Assembly: GCA_004431415.1 (NCBI GenBank)
Contig: QPMI01000036.1
Span: 248,001 to 312,000 of the forward strand
Direction of reading: 5' to 3'
DNA from: Cyanophora paradoxa CCMP329
Taxonomy: Eukaryota; Plantae; Glaucophyta
Length of the DNA stretch: 64,000 bases
Shown: in pieces, positions 38,263 to 50,655 of the stretch
Layout of the letters: each line of letters begins with the position of its first letter
How positions within the stretch are numbered: the first letter of the stretch is position 1
Made by a program: the position numbers and the translations under genes
The notes under the pieces: generated by a model
The model's database searches: none
Told to the model about the DNA's origin: nothing
The model's input: the letters and a program-made list of their open reading frames with translations, nothing else

Positions 38263-41200
38263 ATGGGCTGCTGCAAGTCGAAGGCGCCGAAGGGCTTAGC
38301 GAACGCGAATGACGTTCTTCCGATTAACGATGTCATCGTGGAAGTTGCAAATGAGAGCGGTCCGGGCCGCCGGCAGTCACTCCCAAGCGCGAAGTCCGCC
38401 GCCGTCCCGTCCCTCCTTTCGGGGGCGGGGCCGGAGCGGGTGGAGCGGTCACCGGCGAAGCCTTCGTCGATTATGATGGCGGCGGCGGTGGGGCGGCAGC
38501 TCGCAGCCCTCCCGTCGGCGTCGAGTGCGGACCTGCCGCCGCTGGCCTCGAAGAGCGCGGCGGACACAGTGCTGGCGCGCACTCGCACCGTCCGCGTCTA
38601 CGTCTCCACGACGTACCGTGCGCCCTGCCCGCCCGCCCGCCGACAGCCATGCCGCGCCCGACGAGGCGCCACGCAGCGGACATGACGGAGGAGCGGGAGG
38701 AGCTGCAGAAGCTGGCCCCCGAGCTGCAGCGCGTCTGCGCCCAGCGTGACCTATTTTTCCTCCTCGTAGACATGCGCTGGCAGGTGCCCGACCCGTTCCG
38801 CTGCCCCGCCCGCCGGCGGGGCGCCGGCCGACGCGGGGGCGGGGCGGGCAGGCGACGACGGAGCAGCACGCGGGGGGCGACGTGCTGCGGATCGCGCTGG
38901 AGGAGATCGAGCGGAGCACGTACTTCGTGGGGGTGCTGGCGGAGCGCTACGGCTGGCACGAGCGGGACGCGAAGAAGCCGCGCGACAAGGTCCTCACGGC
39001 GACGCTGGACCGGGCGCAGCCGGCGCACGCGTGGCTCGCCCAGCACCGCGACCGCTCGCTCACCGAGATCGAGATCCAGTACGCGGCGCTGCTGGGCGAC
39101 GCGCCGACCTCGCGGCGCTCCTTCTTCTACCTGCGCGACCCGCGCTCGGGGGCGAGCCAGGCGGCCCCCGCCGAGAGCCCCGAGGCGGCGGCCCGGCTGA
39201 ACGAGCTCAAGGCGGCGATCCTGGAGCGCTCGGGCGGCCGCGTCCTCCAGAACTTCCACAACGCCGCCTCCTTCGCCTACGCCTGCGCCGGCGACATCGC
39301 CGCCGTGCCCCCGCCCCGCCCCGCCCGCCCCGCCCCGCCCCGATGAGCGGCCGCTGAGCTCGAGGGCGGGCAGGCGGTGGAGGCGGACTTCGGGGCGGGG
39401 GCGGCGGGCCCGATGGCGCGGGACGTGGCGGAGGAGACGGGCCAGCGCCTCGCCGCCCGCGCCGCCCTCGCCGCGCACGTGCCCGACGCGCAGGCCCTCC
39501 AGGACATCGCCAACTACTGCGCCAACCGTGCGCCCCCGGCCGGCGCGTGCTGCCGCGCGGTCGGCCGGGGTGACGGGGGAGGGCAGCGAGCGGGGTGGCG
39601 CTGCTTGTGTCGGGGGCGGCGGGCGCGGGGAAGACGACCCTCTTCGCCTCCTTCGCCCACCGCTTCAAGCGCGACGAGGGTGCAGCGCTGTGCGCCCCGC
39701 CTGCCGCCCCGGCCTCTGAGCGGCGCCAGGGGCCGTGCTGCTCGAGCACCACTTCGCGGCGACGGGCGAGAGCGCCCGCCTCTCCACCCTCCTCCGCCGC
39801 CTCGAGACCGTCCGCCCCGCCCCCTTCCCTTCTCTGCCCTCCGATGCGAGGCGGGGGGCGGCAGGCACTGAAGATGCCGCCGTCGGCGCCCTTCGACGGG
39901 GCGGCGAGCGGGGCGCAGCTGGCCCGGCAGGGCGACCGCTGGCTCGAGTCGGAGGGGGCCGCGCTGGGCCCCTCGCTGCGGGCGCGGGCGATGGCGGAGA
40001 TGCGCGCCGCGCAGCTGCTGGCGGGGGCCCTCTCGCGCGCCCCCGCCGGCACCGTCCTCCTCCTCGACGGGTGCCCCCCCCCCCCCCCCCCACCCCACCC
40101 CCCCCCCCCCCCCCCCGCGCCCCCGCGAGGCGAGGCTGAGGGCGCGCCGGGCAGGCTGGACGAGCTGGCGGCGGAGTGGCCCTTCCTGGGCGGGCTCGAG
40201 TGGGTGCCGCGGCGGCTGCCCCCCGGGGTCGCCCTCGTCCTCTCCGCGGCGGGCGGCCGGCCCCTCGAGGCCGCCCGCCAGCGCAACTGGCCCGAGACGT
40301 ACCCCTCGGGGCTCGCCCAGGCGCAGCAGGCCCAGGCCGCGCAGCTGCTCCTGCGGGCCCACGGGCGGCGCCTCGACGCGCCCCTCGTCGAGCTCCTCAC
40401 CGCCGACGAGGAGAAGACGGGGTACCCCCTCTTCCTGCGCCTCGTCGCGGAGGAGCTGCGGCCGTACACGGCGGAGCAGGCGGACCAGGCGCGCCTGGAG
40501 CAGACGATCGTGGAGCTGCTGGTGCAGCCGACGCTGCCGGCGCTCTACCGCGCGCTGCTGCGGCGCTGGGCCAAGGAGTGGCCCCGCGCCGCCGTCCCCG
40601 CCGCCCTCACCTACATCGCCCTCACCCCCGACGGCCTCGCCGAGTCCGAGATCCTCGCCCTCACCCGCGCCCCCGCGCGCGAGTGGGCCGGCTTCGCGTG
40701 GCGGGCGGGGCCGACGCTGGAGAACCGCTCGGGGCTGCTGCGGCTGGGGAGCCCGTACCTGCGGGAGGCGGTGGAGGCGGAGTACGACGCCGCCGAGGGC
40801 TCCCACCGCGCCGCCCTCGCCCACCGCGAGCTCGCCGCCTTTTTTAAGGAGGCGGCGCGCCCCGCCCCGGCCCCCAGCCCCGCCCGCAGCGCTTTGACGC
40901 GCCCCGCAGCCGCAGGGCCCCGGGCGCAAGGGGCGGCGGGAGTTCGAGCGGCTGGAGCACCTGCGGGGCGCGTGCGACGCCGAGGAGCTGCTCAAGGAGG
41001 TGGCCGTCCCCGCGACCCTGCTCGACGTCGCCCACCGGGCCCCCGGGTCGCTGGCGCGGCACCTGCGGCTGCTGCGGGACTGCCTCCCCGAGGAGCGCAT
41101 CGCGAAGGAGTTCGGGGAGCGGTTCGTGAAGGCGGCGGGGGCGGACCCCGAGGCGGCGGAGACGGCGGCGCTCTTCCTCTACGAGGCCGGCCTCCCCGCC

Positions 41201-44200
41201 GCCGCCCAGAAGGCCCTCGAGGGGCCCGGCGCCCGCGAGGAGCTGCCCCCGCCCGAGTCCGGCCCGGGCTCCCGCCCCCTCCTCGTCGAGCCGGGCAAGG
41301 CCGTCACGCAGGCCATGCGCGAGGCCCTCGCCAAGGTGCCCCGCGCCCTCCCGGCGGCGGGACCTGCCGGGCTCACGCGCGGGCAGTTCGCGGAGGAGCA
41401 GAAGGGGCGGGAGGATGACGAGCGGCGGGCGCCCAAGGAGCGGGCGCTGGCGGCGCTGGTGAAGGAGATGGCGGCGGGGCGGGCGGACGAGCTCAACCGC
41501 TCCCTCTGGCTGGACGACGCCGTGGAGGCGGGGATGGACGCCAAGAAGGACCCCGCCACCGCCGCCACCGCCACCAAGGCCCGCGCCCTGCTCCTCCAGG
41601 CCCGCACCTTCACCGCCACCGCCCGCCTCCCCGCCGCCGGCCGCTGCCTCCACGCCGCCCGCGCCGGCCTCGAGGCCTGCGGCCACTCCCGCACGCCCCT
41701 CTACCCCAAGGCCCGCCACCCCGCCCCCCGGCCGGCGGCGCGCGGGGCCTGAGGGGCGGGCAGGTGCTGCACGGGATCGCGGACTACTACCTCGCCAACC
41801 TCGACGACGCCCGCGCCGTCAAGTCCGCCCCGCCCCGCCCCCGCCCCGCTGCCCCGCCTCCTCGCCCCCGACCCCGCCTGCCCTCTTCCTTCCCGCAGGT
41901 ACGCGAACCTGGCGCTCTACTACATGCTGCAGGACCCGGGCTCGAGCCTGCGCGCTGCCGCCGCGGTGCTCGACACCAAGGCCTCGGCGCTGTACGCCAC
42001 CGGGGACTTCGAGGCGGCGGTGCTCGCCCTGCGCATCGCCCTCTCCATGAAGCTCGCCGTCTTTGGCCCCGCCGGCCCCGCCGTCTACGAGGGCTACTCC
42101 CGCCTCGGCCGCGCCTACCGCGCCCTCGGCATGGACGGCCGCGCCCGCCGCTCCCTCGAGCAGGCGATCCCCGGGCTCGAGGGCGGCGAGGGCGGGCCCG
42201 GCGGGGCGGCCGCGCCCCTCGCCGAGGCCCTCGCCGAGCTCGCCCTTGTCCTCCACTCTTACGTCCGCCCCCCCGCCCCCTCGCCTCCTCGCCTCCTCCC
42301 TCCCCCGAACCCGCGCTGGGCAGGGCCAGGCGGGGGAGGCGGGGCGGGTGATGGAGCGGGCGATCGGGCTGCAAAAGGAGCTGCACGGGGAGCGGGCGGG
42401 GCCGGTGGCGCGCTCCTACGCCGCCCTCGGCGCCATCCTCGAGGAGGCCCACGCGCGCCCCGCCCCCTCCCCGCTTTTCGCCCCCCCGCTCACCCCCGGG
42501 GGCAGGAGTACGACCGCGCGGTGGGGGCCTACGACGCGGCCCTCGTCGCCGCGTGCTCCACCGGCAACGACTCGCCCCACTACGTCTCCATCGCCGTCCG
42601 CCCGCCCCGCCCCTCCCCGCCTCCCGCCGCCCGGGCGTCTCCGAATTGGGCGCGCAGCGGTGCCACGTGAAGGCGGGGCGGGAGGAGGAGGGCCTGTGGA
42701 TGCTGCGGCAGAACCCGTCGTGCGAGGGGGCGCCGCTGCTGCTGCGGCGGGTGACGAACGGGAACGACGTGTTCGAGGACGAGACGGCGATGGTCTCCCC
42801 CGAGACGCGCTGCACGCGGGTGCGCCTCAGCGAGGGCGTGGAGGCCCCCGTGCACCCCGCCCACGCTGCCCGCGTCCTCGGCCTCCCCGGCGTCGCCATC
42901 GTCGGCTCCGGCCGCGGTCTCTTCGCCGTCGGGGCGCCCCGGGCGGAGGGCGGGTGGCCGGAGCTCCCGGGGCTCCCGAGCGCGTGCCCGGGGCTCGTCT
43001 CGTGCGCCTTCGCGAGCGTCGCGGCGGGCAACAACGTGATCATCGTCGTGGGGACGAGCGAGGGCGGGGTCGCCGCCTTCTCCCTCGCCGCCGCCGTCCT
43101 CGAGGGCCGCGGCCCCGGCGCCGCCGAGTGCGTCGCCGCCGGCAACGCCCGCCTCCGCCTCACCAAGCTCGAGGGCCCCACGACGGCCGTCGCCGCCGCC
43201 GACGCCGGCCGCGTCGTCGTGGCGGCCCGCCAGCACGTCGCCTTCGCGTGGGACCTCGAGGACCCCGCCCGCAAGGCCGTCGTCTTCAAGGGCCACGCCC
43301 GCCCCATCACCGCCCTCGCCGCCGCCGCCCGCCAGGCGCGGCTGTACACGGCGGCGGAGGACGAGACGGTGCGGGCGTGGGACGCGGCGGGCGGGTGCCT
43401 GTGGGTGGCGGAGGCGGCACAGGGCCCCGCGCGGGGCCTCTCGCTCCTCGAGGAGGCCAACGCCCTCCACACCGCCTCCGACGAGTCCGCCCTCCCCGCC
43501 CCGCCCCGCCCCGCCCGCCCTCTGCCGCCCCGCTCACCCCTCTCCCCCGCAGCTGCACCCTCCGCTCCTGGCAAGAGGCGCGCCCTCTCCGTCGCCCCTC
43601 GTTGACCGCGCGGCAGCGCCTGACGCCGGGCGCAGGCGGGGGGCACCTGCTCGCACACGCGCCACATCTCCGCGGTGCCCCCCGCCCCCACCCCCTCCCC
43701 GCCCCCGAGGCTGAGGCCTCGGCGCAGCCGACGGGCGTGGCGCTCTCGTTCACGCGGCGGCGGCTCGCGGTGGCGTGCGCGAGCGGCGAGCTGCTGCTCT
43801 ACTCGGTGCCGGGCCTGCGGCGCCTCACGCGGCTCGGGGGCCCGATGCTGCGCTCGGCGGGGCGGATCGTGGCGATGGCGGTGGCGGACTACTCGTGCGG
43901 CTACGCGGCCGTCACCGCCCACGCCACCGGCGCCGTCATCGTCCACGCCGGCATCGCCGACAAGTCCGCCCCCCGCCCCTCCCTTCCACCCCCGCGACCG
44001 CCCCTGAGCTGGGCGGCAGGGAGCAGCGGAAGCAGGCGGCGCGGCTGGCGGCGGGGCCGACGGGGGTGGCGATCCTGCCGCGCGAGCGCCTCGCCGTCGT
44101 CTCGGACGCGGCGGGGGCCGTCAACGTCGTCGACTTCTCCGCGTGGCTGCTGGCGGAGCAGGCGCTGCTGCACGCCGCCCCGGACCCCGCCCGCGCCGAG

Positions 44201-45050
44201 GCCGAGCTCCTCGCCCTCGCCCGCGAGCGCGCCGAGGCCGGCGAGGGGCCCGCCGCGGGGCCCCTCCCCGGCCCCGCGCCCTCCGGCGAGGGCCCGCCCT
44301 CGCGGGCCTCCTCGCGGGCGCCCTCGGTGGACCTCGGCTCCCGCCCCGACCTGCTCGCCGTCCCCGCCGCCAAGCGCCCGCCCTCGGCCTCCTCGTTCCG
44401 CACGGGCCCCTCCGAGTGGGGCTCCCCCGCCCCCGTCCAGCGCTTCCCCGGGGCGGCGCGCGCCCCCGCGGGGCCCGCCCCCGCCGCCGGCGGCCTCGGC
44501 TGGCTCGTCCTCCGAGGTGCCCCCCCGCCCCGCCCCGCCCCGCGCCTCTCTGACGGGGCCGGGGGCAGACGTGTGGCACGAGTGCAAGCTGCGGTGCGAC
44601 GGGATCACGGTGGCCCCCACGCACGGCTTCCGCGGCTTCTGCAAGGTCCCCTCGGGGCGCCACCGCATCGACGTGGGGACGCCGGAGGGGGAGTGGATCC
44701 CGTTCGTGGTGGACGTGCCGGCGGGGGAGGCGGTGGTGTACCGGCAGGACCCCGACACGCTCGAGTTCGAGGAGGACTTCGCGGGGCTCCCGATGGCCCG
44801 CGTCGCCCTCGCCGGCGGCCTCGACCACGCCATGCTCGAGTACCCCGCCGCCTTCTCCATGGCGCCCCCCAGGGACCCCGCCGGCGTCGGCCGCAGGCTC
44901 AACGCCCCCGGCGCCCCCGCCACGCCGGACCTCCACGTCACCCCCGCCTCGCCGGCCCCCACGCCCCCGCCCCCCGCCCCGGCCCCCTCCAACGCCCTCC
45001 CGCATCCCCCGCCCTCTCCCGTCGACCCCGCCGCCGGCGCCCTCGGCTGA
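38263..45050 (+). CDS. NPHP3/TEP1-type STAND NTPase: MGCC acylation motif - DUF4062 - NACHT/AAA_16 - TPR - WD40 - AAR2-like C-terminal domain
   Basis: TVRVYVSTTY.DMTEEREEL..VDMRW..LEEIERSTYFVGVLAERYGW..SLTEIEIQYA (DUF4062); Walker [10 protein letters not shown]; Walker B VLLLDG-LDEL; GYPLFL; TPR-like helices; FKGHARPITAL..LYTAAEDETVRAWD (WD40); GFRGFCKVPSGRH..VVYRQDPDTLEF..LDHAMLEYP. Confidence 0.85.
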
Positions 45051-45179
45051 TCCCCGCGCCCCTCGCCTGACCGGGCCTCATCCCAGCCCCATGGCCAGCC
45101 ACCCCGTCGCCCCGCCTCTCCAGAGTGCCGCAGCGTCGATCCCCGCTCCCCGGAACGCATCGCAAAGCGATGCCACCTA

Positions 45180-45570
45180 TCCCATGCATGATGCTTCATT
45201 TTTTTGAGCGTTCGAGATTTAGCCTTTGCCAGCTGCATGGCCCCGGGCCGTGCACATGCACATGCATGCGCGGCCTGGCCAGCAGCCCGGGCCGGCCTTG
45301 CCCCGGCCCGGGCCGGGCCGTGCTAATGGCCGAGTCGGCCGGCGCTGGCGCCTCGCCCGCGAGTATACGTGTACGTATATACGTAGCCTGCACCTTGTAT
45401 CAGCCAGCTTATAAGCTTTAGCTAGCGCTAGTCCTAGTTTCAATTTACAAGTTACCGTACGTACGCATCGCACTGCAGCGCGCATTGTTTTTGCAAGAAA
45501 AGCGAGATTTCGATGCCCGCCCGCCCGCCCCCCCCTCCATCCCCCCCCCCCCCCCCCCCCCCCCAACTGA
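45180..45570. repeat. Palindrome-rich spacer between convergent genes, with a long poly-C tract
   Basis: TGCACATGCACATGCATGC, CCGGCCCGGGCCGG, TACGTATATACGTA, AGCTTATAAGCT, TAGCTAGCGCTAG, CGTACGTACG; 24 C at 45541-45564. Confidence 0.75.
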
Positions 45571-45712
45571 ACCAGAGACTCTTGTATGCTACGAAGCCTC
45601 GCACCCCGGGCACCCGGACCCTCGCTGCCCGCATCGAGAGCGCGGCGGGAAAAAAGCACGCAAACCTTAAATGAGGCCCTATCTAGTCTCTTTTCTGCGC
45701 TGCGCTAGCGGG

Positions 45713-48700
45713 TCATCCGCGGTTCTCCTCGGGCTTGACGCGGTAGATGCGGACGATCCAGTTGGTGGTCGTGTACGCCTCCTCGATGTACTGCAGGTCG
45801 AAGTCCTTGTTGCCGATCTCCACGCCGCGCACGCGGTCCCAGCCGGCCGGCTTGCCGTACTCGGTCATCGTCTGCCCGAAGCGCCAGTAGCACATCTTGT
45901 ACATGAGCGAGTTGAGCATCGCCGGCGTCCCGTCACGGTCCACGCGGAACTCGCCCTGCGCAGCGGTCAGCGGGGGATGGCAGGGGGCAGGCGCGCGGGA
46001 CGGGCCTGGGAGGTGAGGTAGTCGCTCTCCTTGATGACGGGGAAGACGCCGCCGCCGATACGGACCATCCACAGGAACTTGTTGATATCTGCGGGGTCGG
46101 GCGGGCCGTCAGAGGCGGGGAGGGGCGCGGGGCGGGGCGGGGAGGGGGCGGGCCGTCGGAGGCGTAGCCGGTGAGACCGCCGAAGACGACGAGGACGTAG
46201 TCGACGTCGAGCATGCGCATGATCTTGATCGCGTCCTCCTCGCGCGACGCCATGGCGCGCCCCACGGTCGCGATGTGCGTGTTGTTCCACGTGTTGTTGT
46301 CGACGATGATGGTGCGGTTGCCCATGGCGGTGATCTGGTAGCCGTAGTCCCACCAGGACATGACCTTGGAGTCGGGGGCGGTGTTCATGTTGAGCCAGTG
46401 GTACGCCTCGCGGAAGTCGTCGAAGATGATGCGGTTGCCGTCCGACTGCTTGGCGGCGAGCACGATGGAGGGGGAGGAGTAGGCCTCCGAGGTCACCCAG
46501 GTGCAGTGGAAGATGTAGAAGCAGAGGAGCAGCGTGAGGCCGACGACCATCACGTACGCCACCTCCTTCTGGATCGAGATGGCGTTGGGGTCGGCCTTGG
46601 CGGCCTTCTTCGGGTCGGCCTTCTTCGCGCGGATGTGGCGCATGTAGGTCTTGAGGGTCGAGGAGACGGCGACGCCGGAGAGGACGCACGCCGCCGGCGC
46701 GAGCACCAGCATTAGACGCACCATCACCCCCTGCCCGCCCCGCGGGGTCAGCCGGGCGGGGCGGGGCGGGGCGGGGCGGACGGCGAAGTAGACGGAGGTG
46801 ATGCCGTAGAGGACGATGAAGATGTTGGCGTCGGTGAGCTTCTTGAAGCAGAAGTAGAGCCCGGCCGGCATCAGGAAGACCAGCAGGTGCAGGTCGAAGA
46901 AGAACGACGACCACGTCGTCGGCTGGTGCTCCGACACCGACGCGATGATCGGGATGTGCTCCTTCGCGTACGTCGGGTCCAGCAGCCTGCCGTCCCTCGT
47001 CAGCGCCGCCTCCAGTGGCCGCGCGGGGCGAGGGGAAGGGACGTGTGGCGCACGAGTAGAAACGGCCGGTCCAGGGCGAGATGTCTGCGCGGGCGGGCGG
47101 GGGCGCGCGTGAGGCCGGCGGGGAAGGATGGGGATAAGGAAGAGGAAGGCGGGGAGGGGCGGACAGCCGGTGGCGGTCATGACGGCGACGCCGACGGCGG
47201 CGGCGGAGCCGGCGACGGTGAAGGTGAAGCGGGCGAGGCGGCGGAAGACCTCCGGCGAGAGCGTGCTCTTCATCCACAGCACGAACTGGTACAGCTGCGC
47301 CCCCCGCGCTCAGCCCGCCCCGCCGGCGCTTGGGAGGGGCGGGGCGGACCATCATGAAGCCGAAGACGCCGAGGGCGGCCATGTGCTCGGAGGACTGGAC
47401 GGCCTGGAAGCCGATGAAGCGGATCTGCATGGCGAGGAGCGTGCCGACGACGTAGAGCGTGGTGTACGCGACGACGAGGCGCTGCGAGAAGCGGCCCGAG
47501 ACGATGAGCACCAGCACGTAGATGGGGATCAGGTTGATGATGAAGATGTAGCCTCCCCACGCGCTCGCCATGTACAGGTACGCGAAGCACGCCATCAGCG
47601 ACCAGAAGAGGGAGCCCGTGTTCACGGCCTGCGGCGCAGGCTCGCGGGGCGCGCAGGGGCGGGAGGAAGGAAAGGGCGGGGAGGGGGCACCTTGACGAAG
47701 AGGTAGAAGGTGGTGATGAGCGCGAAGATGGCGACGCCCTCGTTATCGAACGAGCCGGCCACCGAACGCGAGATGTAGCCTGCGGCGGCGCTCGCGCTGG
47801 GCGGGAGGAAGGGGGCGGGGGCGCGGGGCTGCGGAGGCGGGCGGACCGGGGACGAGGGCGATGAGGATGGCGGAGACAAGGCCGGTCTCCGTGTCGCGGA
47901 TCTCCTTGCCGAAGAGGTACGTCACCATCGCCGTGTTCGACGCGAAGAAGGGCGCCGTCAGCACGCAGACGTTCCGGATGTTCACCGCCAGCGCGATCTT
48001 GTTCAGCGCCCAGTAGAGCACCGCCGAGGTGTACATCAGGCCTGCCCGCCCGTCGGCCCGCCGCCTCGCCCGCCCCGCCGGTGCGCCGCCCGCGCACCCG
48101 GATAGACCGTGCCACCGATGATACGCCCCAGAGGATACCAGGTGAAGTCATCAAACCAGTTGATGAACTTGTAGAAGCCCTCCGCCACGAGGTACTTCGT
48201 CGTCCGGAAGTTGAAGTAGCTGCGCGGAGAGAAGGAGGGAAACCCAATGAGCGGTGCCGCTCGCACGAAGGCCCGCGCCGGGAGCAGCGGGGCCTGACGG
48301 GGATGGTCACGGCCACGCACGGATCGAACTGTTGTCAGCAGGCGCGCCGGCGGCGAGCGAGCGAGAACCGAGTCAGCACAAAGGATCTGCAGCCAACGCG
48401 CGAGCGTCGGACGGCCGGCGGAGGCTCGCACCTCGTGGATGACTGCGCGGGACGGGAAGACAAGGCTCGGTCAGCGCCAGCGCAGGCCGCGAACAAAGCC
48501 GTCGCTTTCGACGCACCAGATTCATAGCGGAGGATTGAGAAGAGGCGGACGGCGAACGCTGGGAGCGGGTCAGAGGGAACACAAGCACTCGTCACCCCGC
48601 GGCGCATACCAAGCAGGTAGATCGCGAAGAGAGTAACCAGCTGCACGAAGACACCCTGCGAAGCGCGCCGCGTTAAGCGAGGGCGCGAGTTCGGCCAGGA

Positions 48701-48809
48701 TGGAAAACGGAGGTCGGAGGTTCGAGTGGCACAGCGTAGTGACTGCAAGGACACACACCTGCTTGTTCGCAGGGATCTGCAGTGCCCTCCTCAGGCCGGC
48801 TGGCACCAT
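45713..48809 (-). CDS. STT3: Oligosaccharyltransferase catalytic subunit STT3
   Basis: [115 protein letters not shown]; about 14 introns. Confidence 0.98.
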
Positions 48810-48873
48810 CGTGGCTGCACTCCTCTACCCCGCTTGCGCTCACCCCCCCCTACACTCCGACGAAATCGACCGG

Positions 48874-50217
48874 ATGGAGGGTCGCGCGACTTTCTCATCG
48901 CCTTTCTCGGCATCTGCGAGGACTTCGACTTCCGCGCCGGTCGCTGGCCCGTCCGGCGTTTCCGCCTGCTCGACCGGCGTGGTCCGGGCGCGTCCGCTCC
49001 CCCTCGCCGCATCGTATGCGTTCGTAGGTGGGTGCCATTGCTGCAGATTCCTGCCAAGCGCCTCACTAGCACGAGGCAGCGGAGCCGAGGACGCCCGCGC
49101 GGCGTTCGGTGGTCTGGGCGTCGGCGCCGTCGTCAAGAGGGATGCCGCCCGGAGCATGGCGTCTCTGTAGAAGACTCTCCGTGCGCGCAAGGCGGCGCGC
49201 TCACGCGCCGAGCTGGAGCGGAGCGGGTGCGCCGGCGCCGCGAGCGCGTGCGCCGGAGTGCTGGCGGCCGAGCTGGCGGGGCGGGGCGCAGGCGGGGCAG
49301 CGGTGTGCGCGCTGGACCCATCGATCGTGATCCGGGGGGCGCGGGAGGAGGAGCTGGAGGCGGTGGCGGACCTGCGGGCGCGGATCTTCCTGACGTCGCC
49401 GCAGGAGCTGGCGGCCTTCCCCGTGCTGCGGGGGGAGATGCTGGTGAACCTGAAGAAGACCTTCCACCGGTGCGCCGGGGCGCTCACGGGCGCGGGGCGC
49501 GGGGCGCAGCGGGGCCTGGTGAAGCGGGCCGGCAGCCCGGACCTCCTCTGCGTCGTCGCCGTCGAGCGCGGGAGCGAGGCCCTCGTCGCCAGCATCGACG
49601 TCGCCATCCTCCCGCCCCGCCGCGGCCTCTTCACCGCCGAATGGGAGGCCCGCCTTGCCCCGCCCCCGCTCCCCCCGCCCGCGCCCTCAGGGGTGCCCGT
49701 GCGCAGGGCTCGGTGCGGGCGTACATCAGCAACCTGACGGTGGAGGCGGCGTTCCGGCGGCGCGGCATCGCCCGCGAGCTCGTCACAATCGCCGAGCGCC
49801 TCGCCTCAAAGGCCCGCCCCGCCCCGCCCCGCCCCGCCCCGCCACGCCCGCCCCGCCTCCGCTCACAGACCCCCGTGCAGGTCGGCGCCAGGCACGCCTA
49901 CCTCCACGTCTTCGAGGTCAGCCCAGACCCGGATCGATATCGGGCCCATGCGCGCGCCCCGCACCCTCTAAGCTCGGCGCGGGGCGCAGGACAACGATAC
50001 TGCGCGGGTGGTGTACGAGCGGATGGCGTACCGGCCAGACAAGATGGACCCACCCACCGTCCTCCTCTTCAACCGCAAGCGCCGCGTCCGCATGGTCAAG
50101 CCCCTCCCGGACCCTGCCCAGCCCGAGCCCCAGCCCGAGGCCTCCGCCGCCCCCGAGCCCTCCGCCGCCCCCGCCGCTGCGGATCCTGAGGCTGCAGCCC
50201 ACTCGAGTGCGAGCTAG
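48874..50217 (+). CDS. GNAT-family acetyltransferase with probable organellar presequence
   Basis: AYISNLTVEAAFRRRGIARELV (motif A), AYLHVFE-DNDTARVVYERMAY; Ser/Ala/Arg-rich N-terminus restored by introns 49028-49079 and ~49227-49291. Confidence 0.85.
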
Positions 50218-50655
50218 TGCTGCGCCGTTTGTTCCGGCTCTAGATCTAGTTTACCGTTTGAAGCGCGCGCGCGCGACCCGGTGACCTGCGGGCAGCTGCA
50301 GGCCGCCAAGGGTGCCGCAGTGCACGTCCCGAGCCGCTGCGCATGCCACTGAGCCCGGGGCCAGGCTGAGCTCATGATCAAAGCTAGCGCTATAGCTAGC
50401 GCTCGTGTCCTCACCTCACTGAGTCAGGGGCAGACCCAGCGCGCTCAAAATCGTGATCGATCAGGCAGGGGAAAGCAGGGAACATGTCCGGGGCCGCTAA
50501 GCGCTAGCGCTGCTGCCCTGCAGGTGTCCCAGCGAAACGCGTGAAGTCATCATGGCTCGTTGCGAACTGGCCCGGCTGCTCATGCGTTTCTAGCGCTTGC
50601 TCCCTTCCGAAGTTCTTGGTGCGGTTGAAACAATCACTCCGCATCCCTCGCGCTC

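Noticed and set aside
49168-49170. In-frame TAG between two GNAT ORFs, suggesting readthrough or recoding
   Set aside because: Introns 49028-49079 and ~49227-49291 route the protein through another frame that avoids the TAG; TAG is a normal stop elsewhere in the window.
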